Shown here piece by piece: positions 49,479 through 61,374 of a stretch of 64,000 nucleotides of DNA (its first letter is position 1; every line of letters begins with the position of its first letter). The DNA is from Octopus bimaculoides (taxonomy: Eukaryota). Where the stretch lies: contig NC_068992.1 of the NCBI RefSeq assembly GCF_001194135.2, positions 7,520,092 through 7,584,091 of the forward strand. Direction: 5' to 3'. The position numbers were made by a program, and so were the translations under genes. The notes under the pieces are model-generated. The model saw only the letters and a program-made list of their open reading frames with translations. It searched no databases and had not been told where the DNA came from.

Positions 49479-50379
49479 GTTTTAGGGAAAATAACCAATT
49501 TTCAAGAACTCATCGATGAAAATCCACTATCACATATAGAAAAATTAATAATTAAAACCACAATAATTATAAGGCTCAATTTAATTTTAATTTTTTATAA
49601 ATTGATTTTAATTGAGTTTTTTACCTGTAATTTTGGATTTTGTCCCTAATAATATTNNNNNNNNNNNNNNNNNNNNNNNNNNNNNNNNNNNNNNNNNNNN
49701 NNNNNNNNNNNNNNNNNNNNNNNNNNNNNNNNNNNNNNNNNNNNNNNNNNNNNNNNNNNNNNNNNNNNNNNNNNNNNNNNNNNNNNNNNNNNNNNNNNNN
49801 NNNNNNNNNNNNNNNNNNNNNNNNNNNNNNNNNNNNNNNNNNNNNNNNNNNNNNNNNNNNNNNNNNNNNNNNNNNNNNNNNNNNNNNNNNNNNNNNNNNN
49901 NNNNNNNNNNNNNNNNNNNNNNNNNNNNNNNNNNNNNNNNNNNNNNNNNNNNNNNNNNNNNNNNNNNNNNNNNNNNNNNNNNNNNNNNNNNNNNNNNNNN
50001 NNNNNNNNNNNNNNNNNNNNNNNNNNNNNNNNNNNNNNNNNNNNNNNNNNNNNNNNNNNNNNNNNNNNNNNNNNNNNNNNNNNNNNNNNNNNNNNNNNNN
50101 NNNNNNNNNNNNNNNNNNNNNNNNNNNNNNNNNNNNNNNNNNNNNNNNNNNNNNNNNNNNNNNNNNNNNNNNNNNNNNNNNNNNNNNNNNNNNNNNNNNN
50201 NNNNNNNNNNNNNNNNNNNNNNNNNNNNNNNNNNNNNNNNNNNNNNNNNNNNNNNNNNNNNNNNNNNNNNNNNNNNNNNNNNNNNNNNNNNNNNNNNNNN
50301 NNNNNNNNNNNNNNNNNNNNNNNNNNNNNNNNNNNNNNNNNNNNNNNNNNNNNNNNNNNNNNNNNNNNNNNNNNNNNNN

Positions 50380-50420
<41 letters not shown>

Positions 50421-52605
50421 GGTACATCAATTTTTGGGAACTTTTGGTTTCAAACCCCTTCCAGATTACTGACTTTTCCAAAACCAGGGCTGATCATACT
50501 GTAAATTAAATATTAAATTACCTTACAAAATACAGGACTAGCTACTGCAATAGCTTTGGATTGAAAGGCCCACAGTTGTGCATTGCCCACCCAAAAGATT
50601 TGAGAGACCTAGATGAGGATGGATGTAGATATCTTTTAAACAGAACTGGCTCTCTTACTGTCAAGAGTCCCTGATAAACCAACTTTATGGCAGGAAATGT
50701 AAATGATGGCAGCAACATGGAACTTTCATTTTTCAAATAGATGGTTAATGAAACACTAACGAAACCAGTAGTGGTGCTCCAGCGTGGCCACGGCTCTTGA
50801 GGTGAAACAAGTAAAAGAGTTAATTAAATGAAATACAAGTTTAATAACACTGTACCAAGGTACCAATTACAGGGTTTGGAACGTCACTGTTCTATCTACC
50901 TGGACTCTNNNNNNNNNNTTCTATCTACCTGGACTCTATCACATGGGTTTTCTGGGGGTTTTTTTTTTTTTTACTTTGACTCTCGAGACCTCAGCTTTAT
51001 AGGAGACGGGTAGGACCAGGTAGAGTCAATTGAATCGTCCCTCAGTATATATCTGGTATTGATTTTTCATAACCCAATAACAAAGTCAGTTTACCTTGGT
51101 AGGATTTGAATCCAACATTCTACTGTTTCTGCCAACTAAAAACTCATTTGGATGATGATTATAATAATAATAATAATAATGCACTATTATAAATAATGGT
51201 GATTATGATTTATGATGAAAATAAACTTTAGAACCTTGCGCAATGACAATGTGACATGTTCAAAACTTTAGAAATATATCATCATCATCATCATTATTAT
51301 TCTGGATCTTTTCATTCTGAGTTCAAATCCTACTAAGATCAACTACGTCTTTCATTCTTTCAGCATCGATAAAAGCAAGTACCAGTCAAATGCTGGGGTT
51401 GATGGTATTGNNNNNNNNNNNNNNNNNNNNNNNNNNNNNNNNNNNNNNNNNNNNNNNNNNNNNNNNNNNNNNNNNNNNNNNNNNNNNNNNNNNNNNNNNN
51501 NNNNNNNNNNNNNNNNNNNNNNNNNNNNNNNNNNNNNNNNNNNNNNNNNNNNNNNNNNNNNNNNNNNNNNNNNNNNNNNNNNNNNNNNNNNNNNNNNNNN
51601 NNNNNNNNNNNNNNNNNNNNNNNNNNNNNNNNNNNNNNNNNNNNNNNNNNNNNNNNNNNNNNNNNNNNNNTTTGTTATTTATCCATATTGTTGGTTGTTG
51701 TTGTCTTCCCTTAAAAATGGTATGAATTTTATTTGATAAAAAAAATCCCATAATTGTATATTTTCAGTGTTATTGTTCCGAAACATTGAGTGAAGTGGGT
51801 GAGGAAGTTTATTAAAGAGACATATTCCTAGGCAGAAATTCTCTACTTTACTGATCGATTGTCTTTCAAGATTGCTAGAGCATTATCTTCAACGGTGGGT
51901 TTATGTGGCATTTTGGAGAATAACCAATAGGAATCAATTGTTATTTAACCCATTTGATACCAACCTACCTCAATAGAAATGTGGTAACAAAAGGGTTAAG
52001 CCTAAGTCTATCTTGGTAAAGTAGATCTACAATCAAAAGCATTTAACTAACCAGGGATATATCTTATCCAACATTAGGGCTTTTTATTTTTTAAGTCAAT
52101 AATGAGAGATTTAACTACTGCTTCTTGCATGTCAAGCGACCAAGTAGAGATTTCCTCATAGGTTCACCAGAGGTTAAATAGATTTATAATGCCAATTTAT
52201 AACAGGGTTAGAAAGGTATTTTTGTTTTTTAAATATACAAAATATGGCTGCTCTGCTACAGATTAAGGTATGCTTTACTCTAGCAGTATAACTAGTAAGA
52301 ATCCTAAGCAAAAATTACAATAGCTTGAAAAGAAATATTATACTGGGGTTTGAACTCTGTCATTGGTACCTTTTTTTTATGTGTCCAACTTTGGAGTGGT
52401 TTAAAAAATACTAATTTTTAAAAAAACTGCTATTTTTTAAAGAAAGCAACTGATTTGTTTGTTTGTGTTGAAGAAGTTTGTTTTCAAAGATCATCAAAAG
52501 AAGATTTTCAAGATATATAAATATTGACAAAGCAAGAATAAAGCATTCTTGAGCCTCAAACCATTGCTTTGTGTTTATCTCTCTCTCATTATTATTATTA
52601 TTATT

Positions 52606-52998
52606 AGGCATGGTTGTATGATTGAGAAGTTTGCTTCCCAACCACATGGTTTTGGGTTCAATCCCACAGTGCAGCACCTTGGGCAAGTATCTCCTACAAT
52701 TAGCTCCAGACAGACCAAAGCTTTGTAAGTGGATTTGGTTGACAGAAACTGAAAGGGACCCGCTGTGTCCATGTGTCCCCTTGTCTTGACATCACATGAT
52801 GGTTGTAAACAAGTATCACCATCATACAATTGGTGTTGTTTCCAGCTTTCCTTTGAAAGATGTATCTGACCATGGAAAATATTGCCCTGCTTGGAAATGT
52901 GTGGGAGTTGGCAACAGGAAGAACATCTAACCATAGAAAATGGACCCCAACAAATTCAATCTGATTCATGTGTGGAAAAGTGGACCTTAAATGATGAT
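52606..52998 (+). mobile_element. SINE with family-A head and RTE-type (GAT)n tail; second copy at 53491-53915
   Basis: Head matches 6912-7316; 3' half carries the ggaagggcatcca-like core and ends ...aaatgatgat. Confidence 0.7.
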
Positions 52999-54929
52999 TT
53001 AATGTTTTGTTTTGTTTTTTGTTCTTCTGCTGCCTTGGGGTTGATGGGTCTTTCCACTCATTGCAGTTCTATGTCCTCTGACACAAACAGAAAGCCAAAT
53101 CCTTTTTGTGTGTCATGATGTTTGGGGCAATGTCATTCTTGTGTCTTTTATAGTTGGATACCATTCCCATCACCAGCTCTTTCACATTATGGTTTTGATG
53201 TATTTTTTTTTCTAGTTCCAACAGTCAACCTCACCAAATAGCCTTAAACTATGTCAGTTACTCCACTTCCTTACAGCCAAGACAAACTCTCAGATAACTG
53301 AAAACACTCTGCAGTAAATGAACAACAAATACACATTAATATCTTTATTATGATACCTTCTTGAAAAGTGTGCACTTGTGCTAATTGATTTGCCAATCAG
53401 TCAATTGCGGTTTCACATTTATTAGGTGTATATCAACAATATACCTGCTTGCCAATCAGTCCACTCACCCAAATAAAAGGAAAAAAAATTAGGCACAGGC
53501 ATAGCTGTGTAGGTAAGAACCTCACTTCCCAACCATGTAGTCTCGGGTTCAGTCCCACTGCATTGTACCTTGGGCAAATGTCTTCTACAATAGCTTCAGG
53601 TCAACCAAACCCTTGTGAGTTGATTTATTGAAAGAAACTGGAAGAAGTGCATCATGTGTGTGCCCGCGCGCATGTGTGTATCTTTGTTATGACATCACAT
53701 AATGGTTTTAAATGAGCATTGCTGTTAAAGAAGTAATGCTGTTTGTTTCTTTTGCCAAAAACACGTCTAGCCAAGGGGCGAAATATTACTTTGCCTGGAA
53801 ATAGGCCACGGTTGATGACAGGAAGGGCGTCCAACTATAGAAAATCTGCCTCAGCAAATTTTATGTCATCCATGCAAGCATGTAAAAATGGACAGTAAAT
53901 GATGATGATGATGATATATATGTGACGTAGTAAACTTTCCTCAGCATCAATTTACTGTATAGACTTGAGACAATCAAATCTTTTCAAGAAATCTTGAATC
54001 TTAGTCTTTCCACAGGGATTGTAATGTTGATTCAAAAATATTGTCATTGTAGTCTGGAGATACTTTATATAAAATTATTATAGCCCTGGGCCAAACAGAG
54101 CCAGAAACTGAAAGACGTCCATGTCACATACAAGTTGTAAACAAATGTCACCATCAAAAGGTATCGTTTTGCTTGCAATTTTTCATGAAAAATATCCAGA
54201 CTAAGAGAAAAAAGGTTGGTATTATGAAAAGTATTTGGTTGTAGAAGATCTGACTCAAAGAAATTCATCTGACCAAAGCAAACATGGAAAAGTAGACATT
54301 AAAACAACAACAATGATGATGATATAATACAAAATGTTAATTAGCCTTAGCTTATTTAAACCAAAACACTTGTATTAAAAACTGGAATGTTTATTATCAT
54401 GCCATGGTTTAGCTCTCAGTGAGATCAAGTCTGTGTTTCTAAATCTGGGTTGTTCGACATGTGGAATTTAATAAATTTTGGAAGTATAAACTCCATAATT
54501 TTCATTATTCTCACAACTCTGAAGCTTCTTACTGGCCATGTGCTTTGATTGTTCCCAGGAGGGGAAAGAATAAAAATCGACCAAAGAGATGACTACCAAT
54601 ATTTTTGTAGAGCTGCAAATGATTTTGTTGTGAGGCATAAATAGTGCACAGCAGTGCTAACAGTCTTCAGTGTTATCACAGAAATAATATAATTCTCATG
54701 TCTTCATGTTATATCATTTCAGGTTTTAAATGACAAGAAATCTACAGAAATCAATATTTACTGCTTGAAACATTTTCTTGCCATTCTTCATTTCCTCCTC
54801 TTTAATTATATATTTTTGGGGGGTTTTCTTTTGATGATTTTACATCAGAGATACAGTGATGAGAACTTGCACTTCATAAAACGAGAGACTTCATCCATGT
54901 TCAGCAGTGTTCGGTTCAATGAAGTAAAT

Positions 54930-55130
54930 TTATTGGTGAAAAGGTTCATCCTTAGCTTCAATGTTTGTGTAGTTGGAGAATTTTTGGTGAATCCAGTCAG
55001 AATAGAAGGCAACACGCGTATAGACACTGGGATATCCAGACGTTCGACATCCACTCACTCCCCAAGATGTAATACCAACAAGATAGTAATAGCCATTACG
55101 TACACAAACTAATGGTCCACCGGAATCTCC
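54930..55130 (-). CDS. Protease exon 6: [50 protein letters not shown]...FHQ*
   Basis: tttccag acceptor; Ser195 GDSGGPL, SWG, YTRV, WI motifs. Confidence 0.96.
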   Translation of the reverse strand, partial: GDSGGPLVCVRNGYYYLVGITSWGVSGCRTSGYPSVYTRVAFYSDWIHQKFSNYTNIEAKDEPFHQ

Positions 55131-55728
55131 CTGGAAATAATGAACAGATAGTTAAATGGGTAGACAAACAGACACATATAAAAAGAATAAAAGACTGGTT
55201 GACATGCAGATATAAAAATACAAAGGTAGGCAAATAGATATACTTATAAATATTCTAGATGTACTTTATAAAGCATATAGTGTTGCACACACGGGTGCAC
55301 ACACACACACAGAGTAAACATAAACTTAATGGAAAGTTCAAAACGTCATTCCTTGTATTTCAATAGAATGGTTTATTCCAAATATGAATCCATAACTTAA
55401 ACGATAGCATTCTGTAAGTCCATATTGTTATGTAACCATTCCATTTCTTTCAGGTAACATTCTGCTAAATATTTGGTGTGGGGGGCCACGTCTCACTCCC
55501 ATGTAGAATTGCTGTCCATATACATGCATGATACCATCTTCCTTTCCTGCGGAGAGAGAAACTGTTCGTAGCTAACGGAGGGAAAAGCTCTCTGAATTTC
55601 CTCCATCCTATTACACTCTGCATTCATCACTACAATTCTGGTCCCCTAGGTAGCAGAAGTGAGCCACCGGTGCATTTGAGAGAGGTGGTTTATAAATAGA
55701 AATGAAAACAAATCCCCAATATACTTAC

Positions 55729-55865
55729 ATTACATGCTCCGTTATCACCATTTCCAACACAAATATGTGAATTGAGGATTCGTCGTCGACCCCACCGGAT
55801 AGAACACTCTGAATTACTTCTGACATGAACTTGCAGTTCTTGCAGAATGCTCTGGTCTCCATAAT
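55729..55865 (-). CDS. Protease exon 5: (D)YGDQSILQELQVHVRSNSECSIRWGRRRILNSHICVGNGDNGACN
   Basis: AG/gtaag; LQE, Cys168/Cys182/Cys191. Confidence 0.94.
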
Positions 55866-57109
55866 CTATTAGACAGAGGATGATAATTATATTAATGAAA
55901 CAATAATAAGCAGATGAGCAACATTAAACACTGATCTAGAGCTAGCCGACCAAGCAGAGCCTAGCACCCCACCTCCGCTTTCTTGGGAATTGGCTGTTTG
56001 AACTTATCACTACAAGATAATGAAACATTTGTCACTTACACATTGCTGTCAATATCTATAGTGGTTAAGAGGTACCTATTTACGGTTACACAGCCTGGAT
56101 ATTTCAATGTTAAATACCTTAGCCATAGAAACAACACTACACTGATGATAAAATACATGTAGACAGGCTTTAATTTATACTGAATTTATAATGGGAACAC
56201 TTAACAGTTCTATCCATTTAGCAGTATATATATATATATATATATATATATACCCTAGTAAAGTTGTTTACCCCCAAGTCAAGAATTCCTATAATGGAAG
56301 GTGTTCCAGTTGTAATCATCCCATCACTTGTATATCTAAGACTACACTATCCAATGTGCCATTTTATTTTCAAAACAACAGGATGTGATTTAAGGAATGC
56401 TTAGCTGCTATTTCTAGCAGTAAGACTGATCACACAGTCTCCCTCTTTGACTCGTAGGAAAACTGAGGTTGCAATTCTCAATGGCATTTTGCATTAGAAG
56501 GAGTGGTAATACATGTCTAGCAAGTGTAATGACAATATTAAACTAGAAGACTGAGAATTTAAAATTTGACTAAAGCCCTGTGAATGGATTTGGGAGATGG
56601 AAACTGAAAGAAGCCCACAATGCATGCATACATTTATGCGTGTTAGTGAGTTGATATTGAGTGATAGCAGTAAGAAAGCATCACCATCATACAAGCAGTC
56701 TGTGTTGTGAGTTAATTAAGCATTTAATTAAACAAGAAGACTAATTGAGTCAGCTAATTTGTTGAAGCTAACTCCACTCTGTGTTACTGCAAATGTCCCC
56801 TAAGTAAAGCATCAACACCATAATATAAGCCTCTTCCTCCTCTACAGAAAGCAACATCTTCTGATAGGACCCTATAGAGGAAGTGCCTAAAGGCTATCCC
56901 TATAATTTCCACAGGAATAGTGGGTGGAGAAGATGAATAGAAGTTACTCCCTAAAATACATCACTAATGCTAATTTTCAACCCTTTTTAAGAACTAAAAT
57001 GTAAAATAAAACTCAGTGAGGTTTGAACCTGAATATAAAGGATCCATTTTAGTTTCTGAATCTTTGTACCAACATCATCATTATAAACAACTGGTAAAAT
57101 AGATCTTAC

Positions 57110-57281
57110 CTTTTGTCTCACCCCAGCCCATTGTCCAACATTCATCGCCAGGACGAAAGCCAGCATTCTTGTCTGGGATGCAAGCTTGTCTAACGTAAAA
57201 ACCAGCAACATCAGCAGGATGATCCAAACGCATTAAAGCAATGTCATTTGGATAATTACCCCCATTTATAAAATTGGGGTG
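57110..57281 (-). CDS. Protease exon 4: HPNFINGGNYPNDIALMRLDHP...RQACIP...DECWTMGWGETK
   Basis: tttcag acceptor, gtaag donor; Asp102 NDIAL and GWG motifs. Confidence 0.95.
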
Positions 57282-57307
57282 CTGAAATTGACAGAAAAGA
57301 ATATGCA

Positions 57308-57390
57308 GTAGTAGTAGTATTGGTGGTGGTAGTAGTAGTAGTAGTCGTAGTAGTAGCAGTAGTAGTAGTGGTGGTGGTGGTGGTGGTGGT
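57308..57390. repeat. (AGT)n/(GGT)n compound trinucleotide repeat just upstream of the protease exon-4 acceptor
   Basis: Direct reading. Confidence 0.9.
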
Positions 57391-58800
57391 CTTGACAAAT
57401 ACATTGTTTTACCATCACAACAATGTACTAGCAACAGATTGTGATCAATCAAATCAGAATAAGATCAATGTATAAGGAATAATAGAGGGACAGAAAGAGA
57501 GGGAGATAGGGTGAGAGAGAGAGAGAGAAAGGGGACACATACTAATTGAGGGGAAAGAAAGAAATATAATTAAATTGGGTGAAGAAGACAGTAGAAAAGC
57601 CAAAAAAAACAGAAATATTTGTGTGAAATGAATCAAAATATTTAATGAAGCTGTTTTTTTGGTAGAATTAAAACACAAATAACAAAAAAGAAATGAAATA
57701 AAATAAAGCAGAAGAGCAAGAAAGTGTATATCATGTGCTTACCTTTTAATACATTTGCTATAGAAAAACAAACACAAAGCGAATAGACTTTGCATTATCA
57801 TTGAGACAAATGGAAAAGCTTAAGTACCACGAGGCCATTCTCATGAATGATGGCAAACTGGTGGCTGAAGTGGGTGCTAGAATTGCAGGAGCTGGTACAG
57901 TAATGCTTGGGTAACGATCGAAAGAACAACATCATGAATACACTCTACCAAAATGGGATTCCTCTGAACGATCTCTCAAGTACCATTACTCGACAGGGTG
58001 CATAATTTGGAGATCAAGGAGTCTTTCCAGTTTGAGATGGTCACAGCTTCAGCACTATGGACATGTGATTAGAATGTTGTCGGAAAGAACTGCAAGATGG
58101 ATTCTAAAAGCCAAACCAACTAGCAAAAGATCTAGGGTCTGACTAAGAATGAGATGGTTGGGTAACATCCATTGTCTCAATTGGTCAAGCTTGGAAATCT
58201 AGCAGGAAAGTGTAATGATGGTTATTTCTGATAAAACCTTATGAAAGAGGTTCTTGACGAGCTTACCTCAACAATCTTCTCAGGAATAATAGGTAAAGAA
58301 AATGGATAGATGGATGGATGGACAGAAACCCTACCCCCAAAACAGTGTTATGGCCAAATTAGACCAGCAGTCAACTAATATTAGCAACCAGATCATGAGT
58401 TTGAGAGTTCCCATTAAAAAGGGATGTTATTCTACCTTGATAGGTATTTGTGTTCCAATAATGGTAATCGACTCTGATGGTACAAACGTGGCTTATCTCA
58501 AGAGAAATGAACTGATATTAGTTCTTTCTAATTTTGGCACAGGGCCAGCAATTTTAGGGGAGGAAGAAGTCTATTATATTGATCCCAAAAGGATGAAAGG
58601 TAAAGTAGACTTCAGCAGAATTTGAACTCAGAATGTAAAGATAGACAAAATGTAGAAACCATGCCAAATCAGACTGGAATCTAGTGCAGCTTTCCAGCCC
58701 TGGTCAAGCTACCCAACCCATGCCAGCAAGGACAATGGATGCTAAATGATGATGATTTACTAACAAAATAAAGAATAAAGAAGAGAAATCATTTATATAC

Positions 58801-58900
58801 CCGTAAGATAAGATCTATTTTCCGATGCATTTCCTTTCCAGTGTTGACTCCAAGCTGGAATTCTCCCAAGATAGCTCTCCAGTCACTTTCCTTCTCAAAC
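58801..58900 (-). CDS. Protease exon 3: LRRKSDWRAILGEFQLGVNTGKEMHRKIDLILR (5' boundary uncertain: 58900 is in frame, 58907 is out of frame)
   Basis: W....LGE pattern typical of S1A; phase-0 gtatat donor joins the HP exon; see finding on the acceptor conflict. Confidence 0.8.
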
Positions 58901-59721
58901 TGATTCCTGAAATATAAATGCATAAACAGGCTACAAACACTACTTTTCTTTACTAACACTGTACAAATGTTAGTCTTTATTCAGCAACATTCCAGAAAGA
59001 CTAGATTTCAATAACTAATATTCTACAAAAGCTAATCTTCCTGTCTTTACAGCCACCACAGCGGAATGGTGTGTCAGTGTGTGTGTTGACTGACATAGCA
59101 AACGGCTGGAGATGAAACTCTTGACAAAAGACAATGAGGTCCTGGATCCAAAGTATATAAAATTACACAATTAAACTGTAAAAACCTTGCCAAAACTAAC
59201 CTCGGCTATGCTTGTGCCACGTAAAAAGCACTAAGTCCACTCTGCTGAGTGGTTGGTGTTAGGAAGGGCATCCAGCTGTAAAAATCCTGCCAAAACAGTA
59301 ACAGAAGTTTGGTGCAGGCTTCTGCCTGGCCGGCTCTTGTCAAACCATTCCACTCATGGCAGCATGGAAGGCAGATGTTAAATGATAATGATAATGATGA
59401 TGATGAAGATGATGAAAGGAGCACCGAAATTCTTTTAAGTGCTTAGGTCTTCTATGGATCTTAATCCAACCCTGTTTTGATCCCAGTATTCATTTTATAG
59501 ATCTCTATGAAATGGCTAAGATTTATCTTTTTTAAACATAAAGGCATTCTTCAGTTTAGACAAATATACAAGGAAAAGTCCATCTTGGTGATATTTGAAT
59601 TCAGAACAGTGGGTTACCCACCTAAAGCCCTTGATTGTACTTCCAGTCCTTTATATTTATTTATCTATTTTTTCAGTGGTTTGGCAATGGGGTTCACCAA
59701 AATGCAATGATAATTTCTTAC

Positions 59722-59890
59722 CCAAAAACACAATGTGCTGCGGTGATCACCCAACGTGGATGAATTAATGTTCCTCCACACACATGGCGTTTGGCCCATG
59801 TCAGCCGTAACGAAACCATCCAAGGCCATTTGCCTTCTTTTGACGGGATACCTCCGACTATCATATGTGTAGTCGCAACACCACATTCAG
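59722..59890 (-). CDS. Protease exon 2: [10 protein letters not shown]|[18 protein letters not shown]...[21 protein letters not shown](G)
   Basis: ttttccag acceptor, gtaag donor; activation site and His57 motif. Confidence 0.95.
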
Positions 59891-60047
59891 CTGGAAAATA
59901 GAGAAGAAACAATAACAAGTTGATTATCTGTGAGGTTTTTGGAATGTACAACTTTGATTTGTGCTGCCTTCCTCACTAAACTGACCAAACAGGTTGCCTC
60001 AATCAGCAGAACATTCGTTTTTGTTTATTTTATTTTATTTTTTGCTC

Positions 60048-60223
60048 AGATAGATAGAAAGAGAGATATACAGACAGACAGATAGCTAGATAGATACATA
60101 GATAGACAAACAGACAGACATATAGATAGATAGATAGACAGGCGGACAGACAGACAGACAGACAAACAGATAGACAGACAGATAGATAGATAGATAGATA
60201 GTTAGACAGGCGGACAGACAGAC

Positions 60224-60270
<47 letters not shown>
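60048..60270. repeat. (GATA)n/(GACA)n compound tetranucleotide repeat in protease intron 1
   Basis: Direct reading. Confidence 0.95.
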
Positions 60271-60271
<1 letters not shown>

Positions 60272-60461
60272 TTGAAATAATTAAAGAAATGGGATGTTAT
60301 AACATTCAAACCTTCTCCAAGTACCTCAACAAGGTATGTGAAAAGAGGCGGTTTCAACGAAGAATAGAAACCGGCTTGCAGAATTGCTTCTTCTAACTTA
60401 TTAACAAAAACGTCACGAAATAATTTTGAAAAATAAGAGATGAAACAACAGGAATTCTTAC

Positions 60462-61035
60462 CAATAGGGATTTGAGTTGAAAGATTGTCTTGCACAGATG
60501 TTTGCCTTTCTTTCCACTGTTGTTTTCCAGATGTAGAATATTTCCATTGCTTCGATGTAGGAGTAACGTTTGGTTGGCCCTTAATGGATTTTGATGCATG
60601 TGTTGTTACTTCAGTTGTCGATGCCTCTGAAGTGAGCAGAAATGAAAACCTAGAAGACGGGGATGTACCGAGGTGTGTAACTGTAGTTTTACCGGTCACA
60701 ACTGGTCTTTTGTCGTTAATTCCTGTGGAATTCATTTCCATTCTTCCGACTGTCTTGCAGTCATCCCACCTGGAACCAACTGGAACGCAGTTTGTCACTT
60801 TGTTCGACCAGACTCTGTCCATGGGACAAGGTGGCATTTGATGAGGTACGCCGTGTCCACATACAAAATACATAGAACAGTTGAAAGGATGTCGTACCCA
60901 TTGCATATCTTTTGATGTACACGGAAATTTGGCAATTGGCATAAAACGTCTGCTACGCCAACGAAAGAAATATCTACGCCTTGAGCAAACGTTCAATATG
61001 ATGACTAATAATATTAGGGTTCGTAGAAATAGCAT
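60462..61035 (-). CDS. Protease exon 1: signal peptide + Arg/aromatic segment + CBM14 (peritrophin-A) domain + Ser/Thr linker (191 aa)
   Basis: MLFLRTLILLVIILNVCS hydrophobic leader; C-x13-C-x5-C-x10-C-x12-C-x9-C with HPFNCSMYFVC; phase-1 gtaag donor joins exon 2. Confidence 0.88.
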
Positions 61036-61333
61036 TCTTAAGGTCTTTATATATGTGCATATATTATTCTACATTGATACATGACAGAGGTGTATTGATC
61101 TGACGAAGTACCGAATTATTTAGGGTATATATATTCTTCAACAAGATCGAAAAACTGAAAATTATTGAAAGCCATCGTTTATTTATAATTAATATTTCTT
61201 TTGAATATCAATTCAAATTTCTGAAATATTCATCTTGCATGATCATAAAAATATGACAGTGTGTGTGTGTGTATGTGCGTGCGTGCGTGTGTGTGCGTGT
61301 GTGTGTGGCTCTGAAACTGCATTTGTGTACATG

Positions 61334-61374
<41 letters not shown>

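Larger units (their letters stand above)
54930..61035 (-). other. Gene span: secreted chitin-binding (CBM14) S1A serine protease, 6 coding exons, about 450 aa
   Basis: Signal peptide, six-Cys CBM14, IVGG, AAHC, NDIAL, GDSGG; colinear exons with GT-AG boundaries. Confidence 0.9.

Noticed and set aside
50890-50937. 19-bp direct repeat ttctatctacctggactct flanking a 10-N gap
   Set aside because: Typical unmerged contig overlap, so an assembly artefact rather than a target-site duplication
37628-51751. Long poly-X ORFs in the ORF track (37628-38015, 49612-50509, 51386-51751)
   Set aside because: They span N gaps and are artefacts of translating unknown bases
57282-57452. Poly-Pro/poly-Leu N-terminal part of ORF 57081-57452
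   Set aside because: Intronic (AGT/GGT)n repeat; the real exon starts at the tttcag acceptor at 57281
60202-60461. C-terminal extension of ORF 60202-61035 (...IYLSIYLS)
   Set aside because: Read-through past the gtaag donor into an intron with (GATA)n
61046-61053. TATATAAA on the minus strand upstream of the protease ATG
   Set aside because: Only about 11 nt from the ATG, too close for a TATA box directing a start upstream of the codon
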